The notes under the pieces are model-generated. The model ran no database searches, was not told the origin of the DNA, and saw only the letters and a list, made by a program, of their open reading frames with translations. 64,000 bases of DNA from the NCBI RefSeq assembly GCF_009914755.1, contig NC_060932.1; one strand, given 5' to 3'. Positions 15,166 through 31,300 of the stretch are shown piece after piece. The translations under genes and the position numbers were made by a program. Within the stretch, counting starts at the first letter, position 1. Every line of letters begins with the position of its first letter. Source of the DNA: the human T2T-CHM13v2.0 reference genome, Homo sapiens.

Positions 15166-16282
15166 GAGGAGTAATTGGCAGTTTTCCATATATGTGACTC
15201 ATCACAATTGAGGCTTATGTAAGAATAGCTAGTATTTATGATTCTGCTATTTGCCAAAAATCTGGATTGCAGAAATTAAACTTTGCTAATTCAAGTGGCA
15301 ACCATATAATTTGACCTTAAATGCTTCCTGTTAAATGTACTTTTCAAAAAAGAAAATTTGGTTTTGTCATTCAATATATTTATTATCCTGGCTCTTTGCT
15401 ATCAATAAATATGCTGAATATAGGATATGATTTGTTCTTATGAAATTGAAAGAGGCCACACGGAAAAATTCCCACAGAAAGCACTGATATGAATTGCCTG
15501 TGGAGTTCCACAGAGAATAGAAAAAATTATTTAAAATATTATTTTAAAAGTCAAGTTAACAAACACCTCCTACTTAGCCATTTTAAAATTAATATACTAA
15601 TTAGTTTTAAGCTTTATTTTGGTTGACTTGGAATATTTAGTGTTCTTTTATTTATTCTGTAACCTGGTTATATTGTCCAAGATGTAAATGAGCTAGTGTC
15701 TTTTTAAAACTGTGGTTCAAAGTAATGTGTTTGATAATAGAAAAAGGAGTCATGTGTTTTGAAGATTTTAGGTCCTTTAACATATCTAGCAATACTAGGT
15801 AGGGGATGGGTACTAAATTTCTTAGAATTTGTGTTACTGATCCCCTGAGAGGATGTTTGAACCATCCTCAAAAGAAAATATCAGTCACCTTCTTACAACT
15901 CAGGCAGTATTAAGAATCAGAGAATAAGATGAAAAGAGTGTGCTTTGTGCTAAAGGAACTCTTTTGAAAGAAATTCTGAAAAGAGTTATACAAAAGAATG
16001 AATGTTTCCTAGATAGCATAACTTCTTTCAATTTTTATATAAATATGAAGCCAAATAATCCTAAATCTAAGTTAAGTTTTTAAGCCTCCTGCATGTGGAT
16101 CTATTAACTACGTGTTTTCTAAAAGTTGCTCTATGTTCTCAAACACATTAGGCATGGCACACTAGAATTAATCTCTTGATCAGGGGACAATCTTTTTCTT
16201 AAGATAAATGTGCTGCCTAATTGTGTTGGTTCTTGAAGCATGACAAATTTTGACATGGGATCTAAAATAAAAATAGTGTTTT

Positions 16283-16569
16283 GGCCAGGTGCACTGGATC
16301 ATGCCTGTAATTCTAGCACTTTGGGAGGCTGAGGCAGGAAGATTGCCTGAGCCTAGGAATTCCAGACTAGACTGGGCAACATGGCAAGACCCTAATTTAA
16401 AAAAATTAGTCGGATCTGGTGGTATGCGCCTGTAGTCTTGTCTACTCCAGAGGCTGATGTGGGAGGATCACATGAGCCTGGGAGCTCAAGGCTGCAAGTG
16501 AGCTCTGTTCACACCACTGTACTCCAGCCTGGGCGGCAAAGCGAAACCCTGTCTCAAAAAAAAAAAAAA
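16283..16569 (+). mobile_element. AluJ
   Basis: J-type motifs (gattgcctgagcctagg, gggaggatcacatgagcctggg); TSD aaaat(a/c)gtgtt. Confidence 0.93.
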
Positions 16570-16610
16570 TCGTGTTCATGAAGATAGAGAATGATAGTTA
16601 TTGTGCACGG

Positions 16611-16987
16611 TGTCAGGCCTCTGACCCCAAGCCTGCAAGTATTCATCTAGATGGCCCGAAGCAAGTGAAGCATCACAAAAGAAGTGAAAATGTCCGGTTC
16701 TTGCCTCAACTGATGATGTTACCTTGTGAAATTCCTTCTCCTGTCTCATCCTGGCTCAAAAGCTCCCCCTCTGAGCACCTTGTGACCCCCACCCCTGCCA
16801 GCCAGAGAACAACCCCCTTTGACTGTAATTTTCCACTACCTACCCAAATCCTATAAAACAGCCCCACCCCTATCTCCCTTCATTGACTCTCTTTTCGGAC
16901 TAAGTCTGCCTGCACCAACGTGATTAAAAAGCTTTATTGCTCACACAAAGCCTGTTTGGTGGTCTCTTCACATGGATGCACGTGAAA
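16611..16987 (+). mobile_element. HERV-H solo LTR (LTR7 family)
   Basis: tgtcaggcctctga...cacaaaagaagtgaaaatg...cctataaaacagccccacccc...cctgtttggtggtctcttcac...gtgaaa; 5-bp TSD cacgg/cacag. Confidence 0.95.
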
Positions 16988-17379
16988 CACAGAATCAAAA
17001 ATATTAGAGACAGAGCAAACATTTTTACCCCACTTCTCTGTTCTTGTTAAACACATTTGGACACCCCATCCTCTTCACAGCAGGAACAGTAGGGGCAGCA
17101 GCAGCCATACCTCAAAGTGAAAATCCTTCTTACAGTACCTCTTCCAGGTTTCATCTACCCTATGATCAGACATTTCTAAAATAGGGCTCACTACTTCATG
17201 ATTAAGTCTCTTGCTCTGCATTTCTAAATGTTGTAAAGTTCTTAGGTCAAGACTTGCCTTCCCGTAATTTTCCTCCTTACTTTCTTGTATGATACGATAT
17301 ATCTAGACACACATCTAATGCTTCCCTTCAGCTGTTTGCAGACATCCATCATATTTCCCCAAGTCTGTCCTCCAGGCAG

Positions 17380-17575
17380 AGCATTCCAATTATCTCAAAT
17401 ATCCCTTACATCACAGAGTTTGCAGATACACACCATCTTGTGTATTTGTTTTATTCCTTTACTGTGTCATCTGCTCTTTGTGGACAGGAACAGGGTATTT
17501 AAATTTTTTTTTCTTTTACCAGTTTCAGATAATGCCTGAAACAGAATAGAAACTTAAAAATTAATTTCCAAATAG
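17380..17575 (+). mobile_element. L2 3' fragment
   Basis: gctctttgtggacaggaacagggt...aatgcctgaaacagaataga. Confidence 0.5.
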
Positions 17576-17619
17576 TATAAGATTTGTCTGTTAGAAGAAT
17601 GAATAACCAGTCAGCATTG

Positions 17620-18530
17620 AACTTTCTATAGTTTTTCAATATTTCTATTAAGAGTATTGCCGAAAACTATGTATCATAGCCCTAAAATTATCTGGTCAAT
17701 GCAGAATACAGAGTTATTATTACATTTTAGAATCTGGACAATACACATTTTAGACTTAATATTGGATTATAAGCTTTTTTTTTTTTTGTATTTTACTCTA
17801 TGGGCTAGCTTTGAGATTATAGTCCATTAAATACACCAGAATGTTTTCCAAATTAGCCATATTAGCCATTAGCCTTTGTCTTCCCATTTCTATGTATGCA
17901 ATTGATTAAATCTAAGACCTTAAATGCTTTCTGTTAAATTTACACTTTTTATACAAAATTATAGTTCTGCCATCAAATGTATTTTTCCTGGCTATTTGTT
18001 ATCAATAAATAGTGTAAACCCATCTTTAATCTATCCCTCCAAATGAGAGGACAATAGATCACTAGAAACTTATTGTAATTTTTCATCAATCTAACAGTCA
18101 ACATATTTTAGTTATAATTAACATCTCACCTAACTATGCTATCTCTGTTCTTTAGCTTTTTCACAAGTATTTCAGTTGAGGCTTTATCAAAACATATGTT
18201 AAATCAAAATATACTCTTTAAAAAGTAACATCAAAATTATTTGTCTTATAAGTCTATCAGATAAGGAGATTAGGGTGTTAGAATCTGTTCTTGGTGACTG
18301 GGCTGGTTTCTGGAGATAACTTCTTTGCTTTTTAAAGTATTTATACATGACTCTAAAATTCTTACAGGGATTTGTGCCATTAGTTTATTCATTGAATAAT
18401 ACTTCCCCTCTGTTTGGAAAATAACTGGCGATATCTATCTTTAGTAGTTTGGAAACTCGCACATATGCTAGAATTTCTTCCCCTCCATCCATTTCTCCAA
18501 GATTCTAGAATGGGGACGTTTCTTAATCTT
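17620..18530 (-). mobile_element. L3/CR1 LINE relic
   Basis: Reverse strand shows degenerate CR1 RT motifs (atccctgtaagaatttta, accaagaacaga...ctaatctcc, tattttgattt...tttgataaag, aaatttaacag...taaggtc). Confidence 0.5.
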
Positions 18531-18967
18531 TTCAGTGCTCTGGGTATTGTGAAACATGAAACATGAAATTTTCAACAAAGAATGCCTAGAATTTATCATC
18601 AAATATTCTGCACTTAGGTTTAAAAAAAAAAACTTTACAAGATATTGTTATACCGGAAGTACTTTTACCTTTTCTCTTTTGTTACCTATGCAGTTTTGAA
18701 TCCCTAACTTTGATGTGGCTAGGTGCTCTGTAAGTCACATTCCTAACAGTTTTTTTTTTTATTATTATACTTTAAGTTCTAGGGTACATGTGCATAACGT
18801 GCAGGTTTGTTACATATGTATACATGTGCCATGTTGGTTTGCTGCACCCATTAACTCATCATTTACATTAAGTATTTCTCCTAATGCTATCCCTCCCCCA
18901 TCTCCCCACCCCATGACAGGCCCCAGTGTGTGATGTTCCCTGCCCTGTGTCCAAGTGTTCTCATTGT

Positions 18968-22790
<3,823 letters not shown>

Positions 22791-22853
22791 TATGATGTTA
22801 GCTGGTTATTTTGTCCATTATTTGATGCAGTTTCTTCCTAGCATTGATGGTCT

Positions 22854-23871
22854 TTACAATTTGGCATGTTTTTGCAGTGGCTGGTACCAGTTGTTCCTTT
22901 CCCTGTTTAGTGCTTCCTTCAGGAGCTCTTTTAGGGCAGGCCTGATGGTGACAAAATCTCTCAGCATTTGCTTGTCTGTAAAGGATTTTTTTTCTCCTTC
23001 ACTTATGAAGCTTAGTTTGGCTGGATATGAAATTCTGGGTTGAAAATTCTTTTCTTTAAGAATGTTGAATATTGGCCCCCACTCTCTTCTGGCTTGTAGA
23101 GTTTCTGCTGAGAGATCTGCTGTTAGTCTGATGGGCTTCCCTTTGTGGGTAACCCAACCTTTCTCTCTGGCTGCCCTTACCATTTTTTCCTTCATTTCAA
23201 CATTGGTGAATGTGACAATTATGTGTCTTGGGATTGCTCTTCTCGAGGAGTATCTTTGTGGCATTCTCTGTATTTTCTGAATTTGAATGTTGGCCTGCCT
23301 TGCTAGGTTGGAGAAGTTCTCCTGGATAATATCCTGAAGAGTGTTTTCCAACTTTGTTCCATTCTCCTTGTCACTTTCAGTTACACCAATCAGACATAGA
23401 TTTGGTCTTTTCACATAGTCCCATATTTCTTGGAGGCTTTGTTTGCTTCTTTTTACTCTTTTTTCTCTAAACTTCTCTTCTTGCTTCATTTCATTAATTT
23501 GATTTTCAATCACTGATACCCTTTCTTCCACTGGATCCAATCAGCTACTGAAACTTGTGCATGCATCACGTAGTTCTTGTGCCATGATTTGCAGCTGCAT
23601 CAGGTCATTTAAGGACTTCTCTACACTGTTTATTCTAGTTAGCCATTTGTCTAGTCTTTTTTCGAAGTTTTTAGCTTCCTTGCGAAGGGTTCAAACATCC
23701 TCCTTTAGCTCGGAGAAGTTTGTTATTACCGACTCTCTGAAGCCTACTTCTGTCAACTCATCAATGTCATTCTCCATCATGTTTTGTTCCATTGCTTGCG
23801 AGGAGCTGTGATCCTTTGGAGGAGAAGGGGTGCTCTGGTTTTTAGAATTATCAGCTTTGGTTTCTCCCCAT
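22854..23871 (-). pseudogene. L1 ORF1, disrupted in the N-terminal part
   Basis: The 228-aa piece at 22854-23540 (QEIWDYVKRPNL, ARREW, YPAKLSF) is ORF1p; the ATG at 23871 is followed by a small deletion and is not contiguous with it. Confidence 0.93.
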
Positions 23872-24912
23872 CTTTGTGGTTTTATCTACCTTTGGTCTTT
23901 GAGGATGGTGACCTACAGATAGGGTTTTGGTGTGGATGTCCTTTTTATTGATGTTGATGCTATTCCTTTCTGTTTGTTAGTTTTCCTTCTAACAGTCAGG
24001 TCCCTTAGCTGCAGGTCTGTTGGAGTTTGCTGGAGGTCCACTCCAGAACCTGTTTGCCTGGGTATCACCAGTGGAGGCTGCCAGAACAGCAAATATTGCA
24101 GAATAGCAAATATTGCTGCCTGATCCTTCCTCTGGAAGCTTCGTGTCGGAGGGGTATCTGGCTGTATGAGGTGTCAGTGGGCCCTTACTGGGAGGTGTCT
24201 CCAAGTTAGGCTACACGGGGGTCAGGGACCCACTTAAGGAGGCAGTCTGTCCATTTTCAGAGCTTAAACACCATGCTGGGAGAACCACTGCTCCTTCAGA
24301 ACTGTCAGACAGGGACATTTAAGCCTGCTGAAGTTTCTGCTGCCTTTTGTTCTGCTATGCCCTGCCCCAGAGGTGGAGTCTACAGAGACAGGCTGGCCTC
24401 GTTGAGCTGCGGTGGGCTACACCCAGTTCCAGCTTCCTAGCCGCTTTACGTATTCAAGCCTCAGCAATGGCAGACGCTCCTCCCTCAGCCAGGCTTGCAG
24501 CCTCACCGTTGGATCTCAGACTAGCAGTGAGCAAGGCTCACTGGGCGTGCGACCCACGGGCATGCGCCCCACTGAGCCAGGCATGGGATATTATTTCCTG
24601 GTGTGCTGTTTGCTAAGACCTTTGGAAAAGTGCAGTGTTTAGGTGGCAGTGTCCCAATTTTCCCGGTACAGTCTGTCACGACTTCCCTTGCCTAGGAAAG
24701 GGAAATCCCCCAACCCCTTGTGCTTCCTGGGTGAGGCGATGCCCCGCCCTGCTTCAGCTCATCCTCTGTGGGCTGCACCCATTTTCTGATCAGTCCCAAT
24801 GGGATGAACTAGGTACCTCAGTTGGAAATGCAGAAATCACCCGTCTTCTGCGTTGATCATGCTGGGAGCTGCAGACTGGAGCTGTTCCTATTCGGCCATC
24901 TTGGAACGGACT
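23872..24912. promoter_or_regulatory. L1 5'UTR (sense and antisense promoter region)
   Basis: YY1-type gccatctt near 24895-24902 and partial CpG retention; promoter activity cannot be shown from sequence. Confidence 0.6.
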
Positions 24913-25005
24913 CCACAATGTTGTTTCTTTTACACTTTCTTCCTAATCTTGCCTCTTGTTACCCAATTGTGTTTCTGCTTTTAGGTCTGTGGATTTCTCT
25001 ACAGG

Positions 25006-25795
25006 TGAAACGGGAAAATTTCCCTTGTCCCCCTTGCAGGGTGTGCGATGGGGGTGTGGCTTGCTTCTTCAGTGCCCCGCTGTGTAAGCCTCTATGGGGA
25101 GCATGGGAATGAGCAGGTTGTGGGGCTGCAACCCCATGGCAGCATCTAGGGGTGAATGTTTAGAGCTCCCGAGGCCCCAGTGGGTGTTTGTTGCTATGTG
25201 CTCTTTCAGTGTAGCTGTCCATAGGCGGCTCGTGTTATTCAGCTCAAGTAGATCCCCTGCCTTATCACAAAGACAGAGGGCTTTCTGTATCCTGGGGCTT
25301 CTTGCCTTGGTGTACTTGAAGAATTGGATCACATGGGGCCTGGAGAATGAGTGCAAGGTTTTATTGAGTGGAAGTAGCTCTCAGCAGATGGGGAAGCCAG
25401 AAGGGAGATGGAGTGGGAAGGTGGTTTTCTCCCGGAGTCGGGCTGCTCAGCGGCCAGGCTCTCCTCCCACTGCCCGGGCCAAACTCCCCATTGTTCTGCT
25501 GTTCAATGGCCTACTGGCCTGTCAGTGTCTGCTGGGGCCTGTCAGTGTGCTCTTCCACCAATGTGTTCCTCTCAATGTCCAGCTGCTTGTGTCCCTGCCT
25601 GCTAGGATCTCAGGTTTTGATACGCACAGGATGGGGGTTTGGCGGGCCAGGTTGGTCCTGGGAAATTCAACATTTGGGCACAAAAGCAGAAATGCCTGTC
25701 CTCACCTTGGTCCATGGGCACAGAGCCGGGGGTGGAACCCTCGCCAGGGACCCACCCTTCTCTACTCAGCACTTCCTTGCCCCCATCCTGTATCA
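25006..25795 (-). mobile_element. ERV1 solo LTR (LTR1 family)
   Basis: Minus strand reads tgatacagg...ctcaataaaacc...cccgtttca; 790 bp; perfect 4-bp TSD cagg at 25002-25005 and 25796-25799. Confidence 0.88.
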
Positions 25796-26380
25796 CAGGA
25801 AGGTATATAGTCTTTAAATATGACCCTACTTTCCTCCTCAACAGTATCTGTGGTATAGATCTGTTGCTTTTTCGGGCGTGTGTTCCATCTCCCACTAGTT
25901 GTCCCTGATATCTGCAACATCAACTTACTTCTTTAGGTGGCATTTTAAATTTTGTTTTGTAAAGTACCCATATTCTTAACTATCCTAGATACAGACCATA
26001 ACCAAACACATAAGGCCTTGGTTTTATTACCAAACTTGTCCCCTGTGAATCAATAAACATCACGTTCATCATTACTCTTTTTAGGTTGAATTTATTTTTA
26101 TACTGTTTAACCTTTTAAACTGGTCACTATCTTTCCTTCCTCATGTCTTACAAACCTTCATCATAGCAAAATATATTATTCACAGGCTTTTAACTATTTA
26201 TCTCTTTTCCGAATAGCCCATGATTTAGGAGTCAATAAACCTCCATCTGGAAAACCAAATCATAGTAATCATCTTTTAGGTAGGTAGATGTTCACTTTCT
26301 GTATTTTTAAGATTTTACTTCTATAGTCATACTTTTCATCTTGAGAAAATATGAAATCTCTGTATATGTCTCCAGGCCTA

Positions 26381-26901
26381 TACTAGTTATCTATTCTGTG
26401 CAACAAATTGCCTCCAAACATAGCAGTCTAAAACAAGTATTTATTATCTCACACAGTTTTGAGGGTCAGGAACTTAGGAGCCTAGCTGAGTGATTCTGGA
26501 TGAGGGTCTCTCAAGTTGCAGCCAATGTGTAGGCTTGGCTGAAGTCATCTCAAGGCTCTATTAGGGCTACAGAATCACTTTGAAGCTAACCCACTTGAGA
26601 GGCTTTGGTTCCTTACTAGCTTTTAGTTGGAGACTTTAAGGAAAGAGAGAAAGAGAGAAAAAAAAAAAGGAAAGAAAGAGAGATTGAGAGAGGAAGAGGG
26701 AGCTCACGAAGGAGTGAGTACCGACGATGGAAGCAGCAGTTATCAATAACCTAATCTCAGAAGTGACACCATTATTTCTGCCACATGGTATTGATCACTT
26801 TGTACCAGATTATCCCTGGTACAAAGTGGGAGGAGACTATACAAGAAAGTGAGACAAAAGAGGTGCAGATCATTGAGGCCATCTTGAAGACTAGCTACCA
26901 T
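26381..26901 (-). mobile_element. MLT1 (F-like) MaLR LTR
   Basis: tagttatctatt...tttattatctcacacagttt...ataacctaatctcagaagtgaca...ggccatcttgaagactagctacca. Confidence 0.8.
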
Positions 26902-28016
26902 TGTCCAATGCTTTCCGTTTCCCATCCTAGTCATCATATGGAAGCATTTTAGGATTCTTCCCAGGGAATTAGTAATTTCCACATAAATTAATTAAGTAGT
27001 GGTAGTGGACTGGGAATATGAGCCTTTATAAGTCCTCTGGCTAATTTCAGATAAATTATCATTAATTTAGCATACTCTAATTAGCCTTATAATAACTTTC
27101 AGATGATGATCTAAACTGTTCCTTAGTTTCCAAATTATCTCATCTCATACTTTTCAAAGATTAAGGAGAATTATTCCTCATGTTAACATGAGAATTGCCA
27201 CCTGGAAGATAAACTCTTGTATATGATCTTCACCACATTTCATTCTATTTCAGAAATTTTCTGTAAGCAAATATGTGAAAATGTGTTGTATTATAGTGGA
27301 ATTAGGTGGTGCTGTACAAAGATAAAGGGGTTATGGTAGCACAAAGGGCACAAATTCATTTTAGTTCTTAAAACTTGTACAAAGCAATGTCCTCAGTAGG
27401 GGAAATGAGACCATCAGATATTATGCTCACCCTCAAGGAGCATAATATCTGTAATTATTCATCTTAGAACAGACCTGACCTCCAGCCATCATTCCATTTT
27501 CCCTTACCTCTTACCTACTAGCTTCTGATGGAGATCCTATCTGCCAATTATGGATGAAGTGAAAATTAGGGAGATGATTTTTGTAGCCCTGTGACCTATC
27601 CAAAAGTAACGTGATATATAAATCTCTTATTACACTATGAAAAGCCTGTCATAGGCATGGTAATTATCCGATGTTATCACACAAACTGTGTATATTTTCC
27701 CCTTGTAACATAAGTATAAAAGTTTCTAATGCAATCACAATGATTATGAGGCTTTTCTTACAAATATGAACCTAAGTGGAAAAATGGAAATAATTTGCTA
27801 ATTAACGCAAAAAGGGGTCAAACCCTTTTCTCCCTTTATGGCTGTATTTCAGGCAAAAATGGTTTTTGGCTTGCAAAGTCTTACATATAATATTTTTAAA
27901 TATTTAATATAATTTTGGGTAAAACAGCATTACCCTCTTAAGAAATAGAATAGAGAGGTGTTTAGCCCTTCTTAAGTTCACACAGTAGTACTGAAGGAAT
28001 AAACAATCCAGGTTAG

Positions 28017-28383
<367 letters not shown>

Positions 28384-31300
28384 ATTTGTTCAAAAACAAA
28401 TTTTGAAAATGTACACAGAAACATCTTTATCCCATAATGAACTCTCAATCTGCAGTTTTTAAAATGAGGTCTTTGTTTCTTCTGAAAGATTTTCAGATGG
28501 TCTATAGTTAAGTGCAAAAAGCGTCACACAAAAATATATATACCAATTCAAATGATACATCACATTGTAGGTTTGAATTAGTATTAAAGAGAAAACTAAA
28601 TTAATTTAGCTATCATGAAGTTTATTAACTAAGAAAAACATTGATATATTATTTTCTCTCTTTTGGGGCAACCAAGTTAAACTCAACCTGAGACCCTGAA
28701 TTGCAGGAAACTTGTTTGACAATAGTCTTGATTAATTCACAAATGTTTACTACCTGTAGTACATAAAAATAAATGATAATCATCTTTTAAAACTTCTTCT
28801 GGTAATGCTGTGCTTTTGAATTCTGAACTCTCCAGGAGTAATTTCTGTATCTCCTGGCATTTTGTTATTTGCAAATTATGACTGTATTATTTTAAGAAAA
28901 TTCAATATCTGAGGATTGTTATTTACCAAATGCATTGAGGAGAGAAAATTGTTGCTATTTGTACTATAAAAAGATTCTATTTTACAAAATGATGCAACAT
29001 ATGATTCCTTCAATCAGGGAGCTTCTTCAGTTCATTTAAGAGACTGAATTGAATAACAGAAACATGACATGTGCAGAACTTTCCAGTTACACATCTATTG
29101 TAGAACAAAAAGAGAGAGAGATTTTTTTCAATGTAAGGCTGTTTCTGATTCATTTGTGTGCAGGAGGAATTTAAATTATTTAACAAATATCTGGATCCAT
29201 CTTGGGAATCTGTTGATTACTTTCACCGGTAATCTTATTGTAGCTTTCACCAATCAGCATAGTCAAATTTATCTTTCAGTTCATCTAGGGCCTACTGAAT
29301 TTCTCTGAATTTTATCAGTCAAGATGCTAAATGAGGATATAGAACATCTATGATCTTCTAATGCATTGGTTGCCATGGAAGCTGCTCTTCTGGCCTGGTT
29401 TGATCAATTTTTTTCAAGCAAGTAATTTGATAATTCTTTTCAGACAGAAAATGTCATAATGTTCTTGTTACAAAATTGAAAGAACCAAATCGTTTCTTTT
29501 AATTCATAATGGTCTCTTTCTAATAACCATGATATTTTGGTCCTTTTATTTACATTCACTGGACAGTAATACTTGAATTTATTTATTCCTGTCACTTGAC
29601 ATTATTCATGTCACTAAATTTCATTTTACTTTTAATTTCAATTGTTTTATGCTTTTCAAAAAGGTATTTTAAAAAATCCAAATCGTTTTAAAATATAAAT
29701 TTTGGAAGTGTATTCTTTGAGAAAGAGTGGCTAATTGTATCACAGTTAATGAAACATGTAGCCAACCACAACTGCCACCAAAAGCGTTCATTAAACACTG
29801 CATTTGAACATTACATTTATCTCCATTAGCAGAACTGGGATCCTTATTTAGAATCTTTTGACCACCTATCCTGATAATCTGCTTCCTTTCTGAAATGAAA
29901 TGGAACAGGAATGAAAATGTGCTTTGCTATTAAATGTCATGGGCAGGGAGGGACTTTTTCAGCTTCCCTAAACTAATCTCAAACTCCAGGCAGCATTTTT
30001 ATTTTATGATTATAGACATAAGATCCAATGTGCACTTGCGTGCTTAACTTTAATACTGCATGCAAAATAGGGGCATCATGAAATTAATTAGGACATTTAT
30101 TTGCAGCCATGAGAAAGAAAACACATTACTATGTAGCAATTGCCTGCTATCCTTTAGGTGGCAGTATGAAGTAAGGAGAGGCTGGCTGTGATAGTTACTG
30201 CATAGGATCTCTTAACAACAAAAAGTAAAAAGGAAAAAAAAATCAGTTTCCTGTCAGAAATGTCTTCTTGCATCTTCTGCATTTGATTTCTTTCTCTAAT
30301 GTCAGTTTCTAGTTTGAATCCCAGAACATACATGCCCTGTATCATTGAAATCATTATTGTACATTTTCTTTGGTTCAAAAATGTTATCTAACTTCTTTAA
30401 TATGTACCTCCATGTACTCACTGTAATGTTAAAAGCCTTGTGGGTATTAAGGAATATTTTTGACTGACTGTCAATACTGAGTTGGAAGTAAACATCCCAC
30501 CTGCTTTATCATTTTATGTTTTTCAAAATTGGAGCACAGAAGTTACCTGGAGAGTGTTGGCCAAGATATGAAGAACAAATATGTAGACATGCTGTCTAAA
30601 ACTATTCAGGAATAGGTATTTGTTTTTGAATTCTGAGTTTCTCTCTGTGATATGTTGATCCATCTGGTTTTGTTGGGGATTAGACTTTGCCAGCTCTGCC
30701 CAAGTGCTCTGTTATAATTTCAGATATGAAGCTGTGTTTATCCCTGTTGGTTATAACCATATATCCATGCTCTACCCACTTTTTACAAATGTGCATATAA
30801 TTTTCATATCAAAAACATTAGTAGTCCCTAAGATTTTTTTCTGATCTTTTCTCCCATACCAAACAGGAGTTATTGGATTTTTGGAAATAATGCATATCTC
30901 TAATTACCAACGTGTCTTAAAAAGAGATAATAAGGGTACTTGAGCAGTCCAAACATTGCAACTTCAAATCTTGATCAGAGACTTTATTACTTTTTATGTA
31001 ATTATATTCTGTTTATGTTTGATTAAATTAGGAGTCTTTCCAACAAAGCAGGTTACAACATCTGGAGCTTTTGATCTCTTTTAAGCCTCTGATGTAATCA
31101 GGCAAAATCATCACTTCAAAAAGAGAACAGCAAACCTCAAAACCTATCACCCCAATTTCAAGTGATACTTTTAATCCTCAGTGTTTTCTGCAGCTGTCAC
31201 CCTTAGTCAACAGCTGGGTTTAGCTGCAGGCTGCAAGCGTAACTATTGCAGAATATTTTAGCCATCTTTTAATGCTGTTTGTCAACACTGGCTTATTTCC

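Noticed and set aside
25094-25810. 238-aa ORF and overlapping ORFs
   Set aside because: Lies antisense within a GC-rich solo LTR1; no recognisable protein motif; long frames are expected at this composition.
30151-30165. CTCF-like cctttaggtggcag (similar at about 33229)
   Set aside because: Mismatches in the 5' core; AGGTGGC recurs several times in the window at apparent chance level.
30540-30615. Protein-like frame SYLESVGQDMKNKYVDMLSKTIQE as a coding exon
   Set aside because: Weak acceptor and donor, ends in a stop, no recognised homology and no partner exons.
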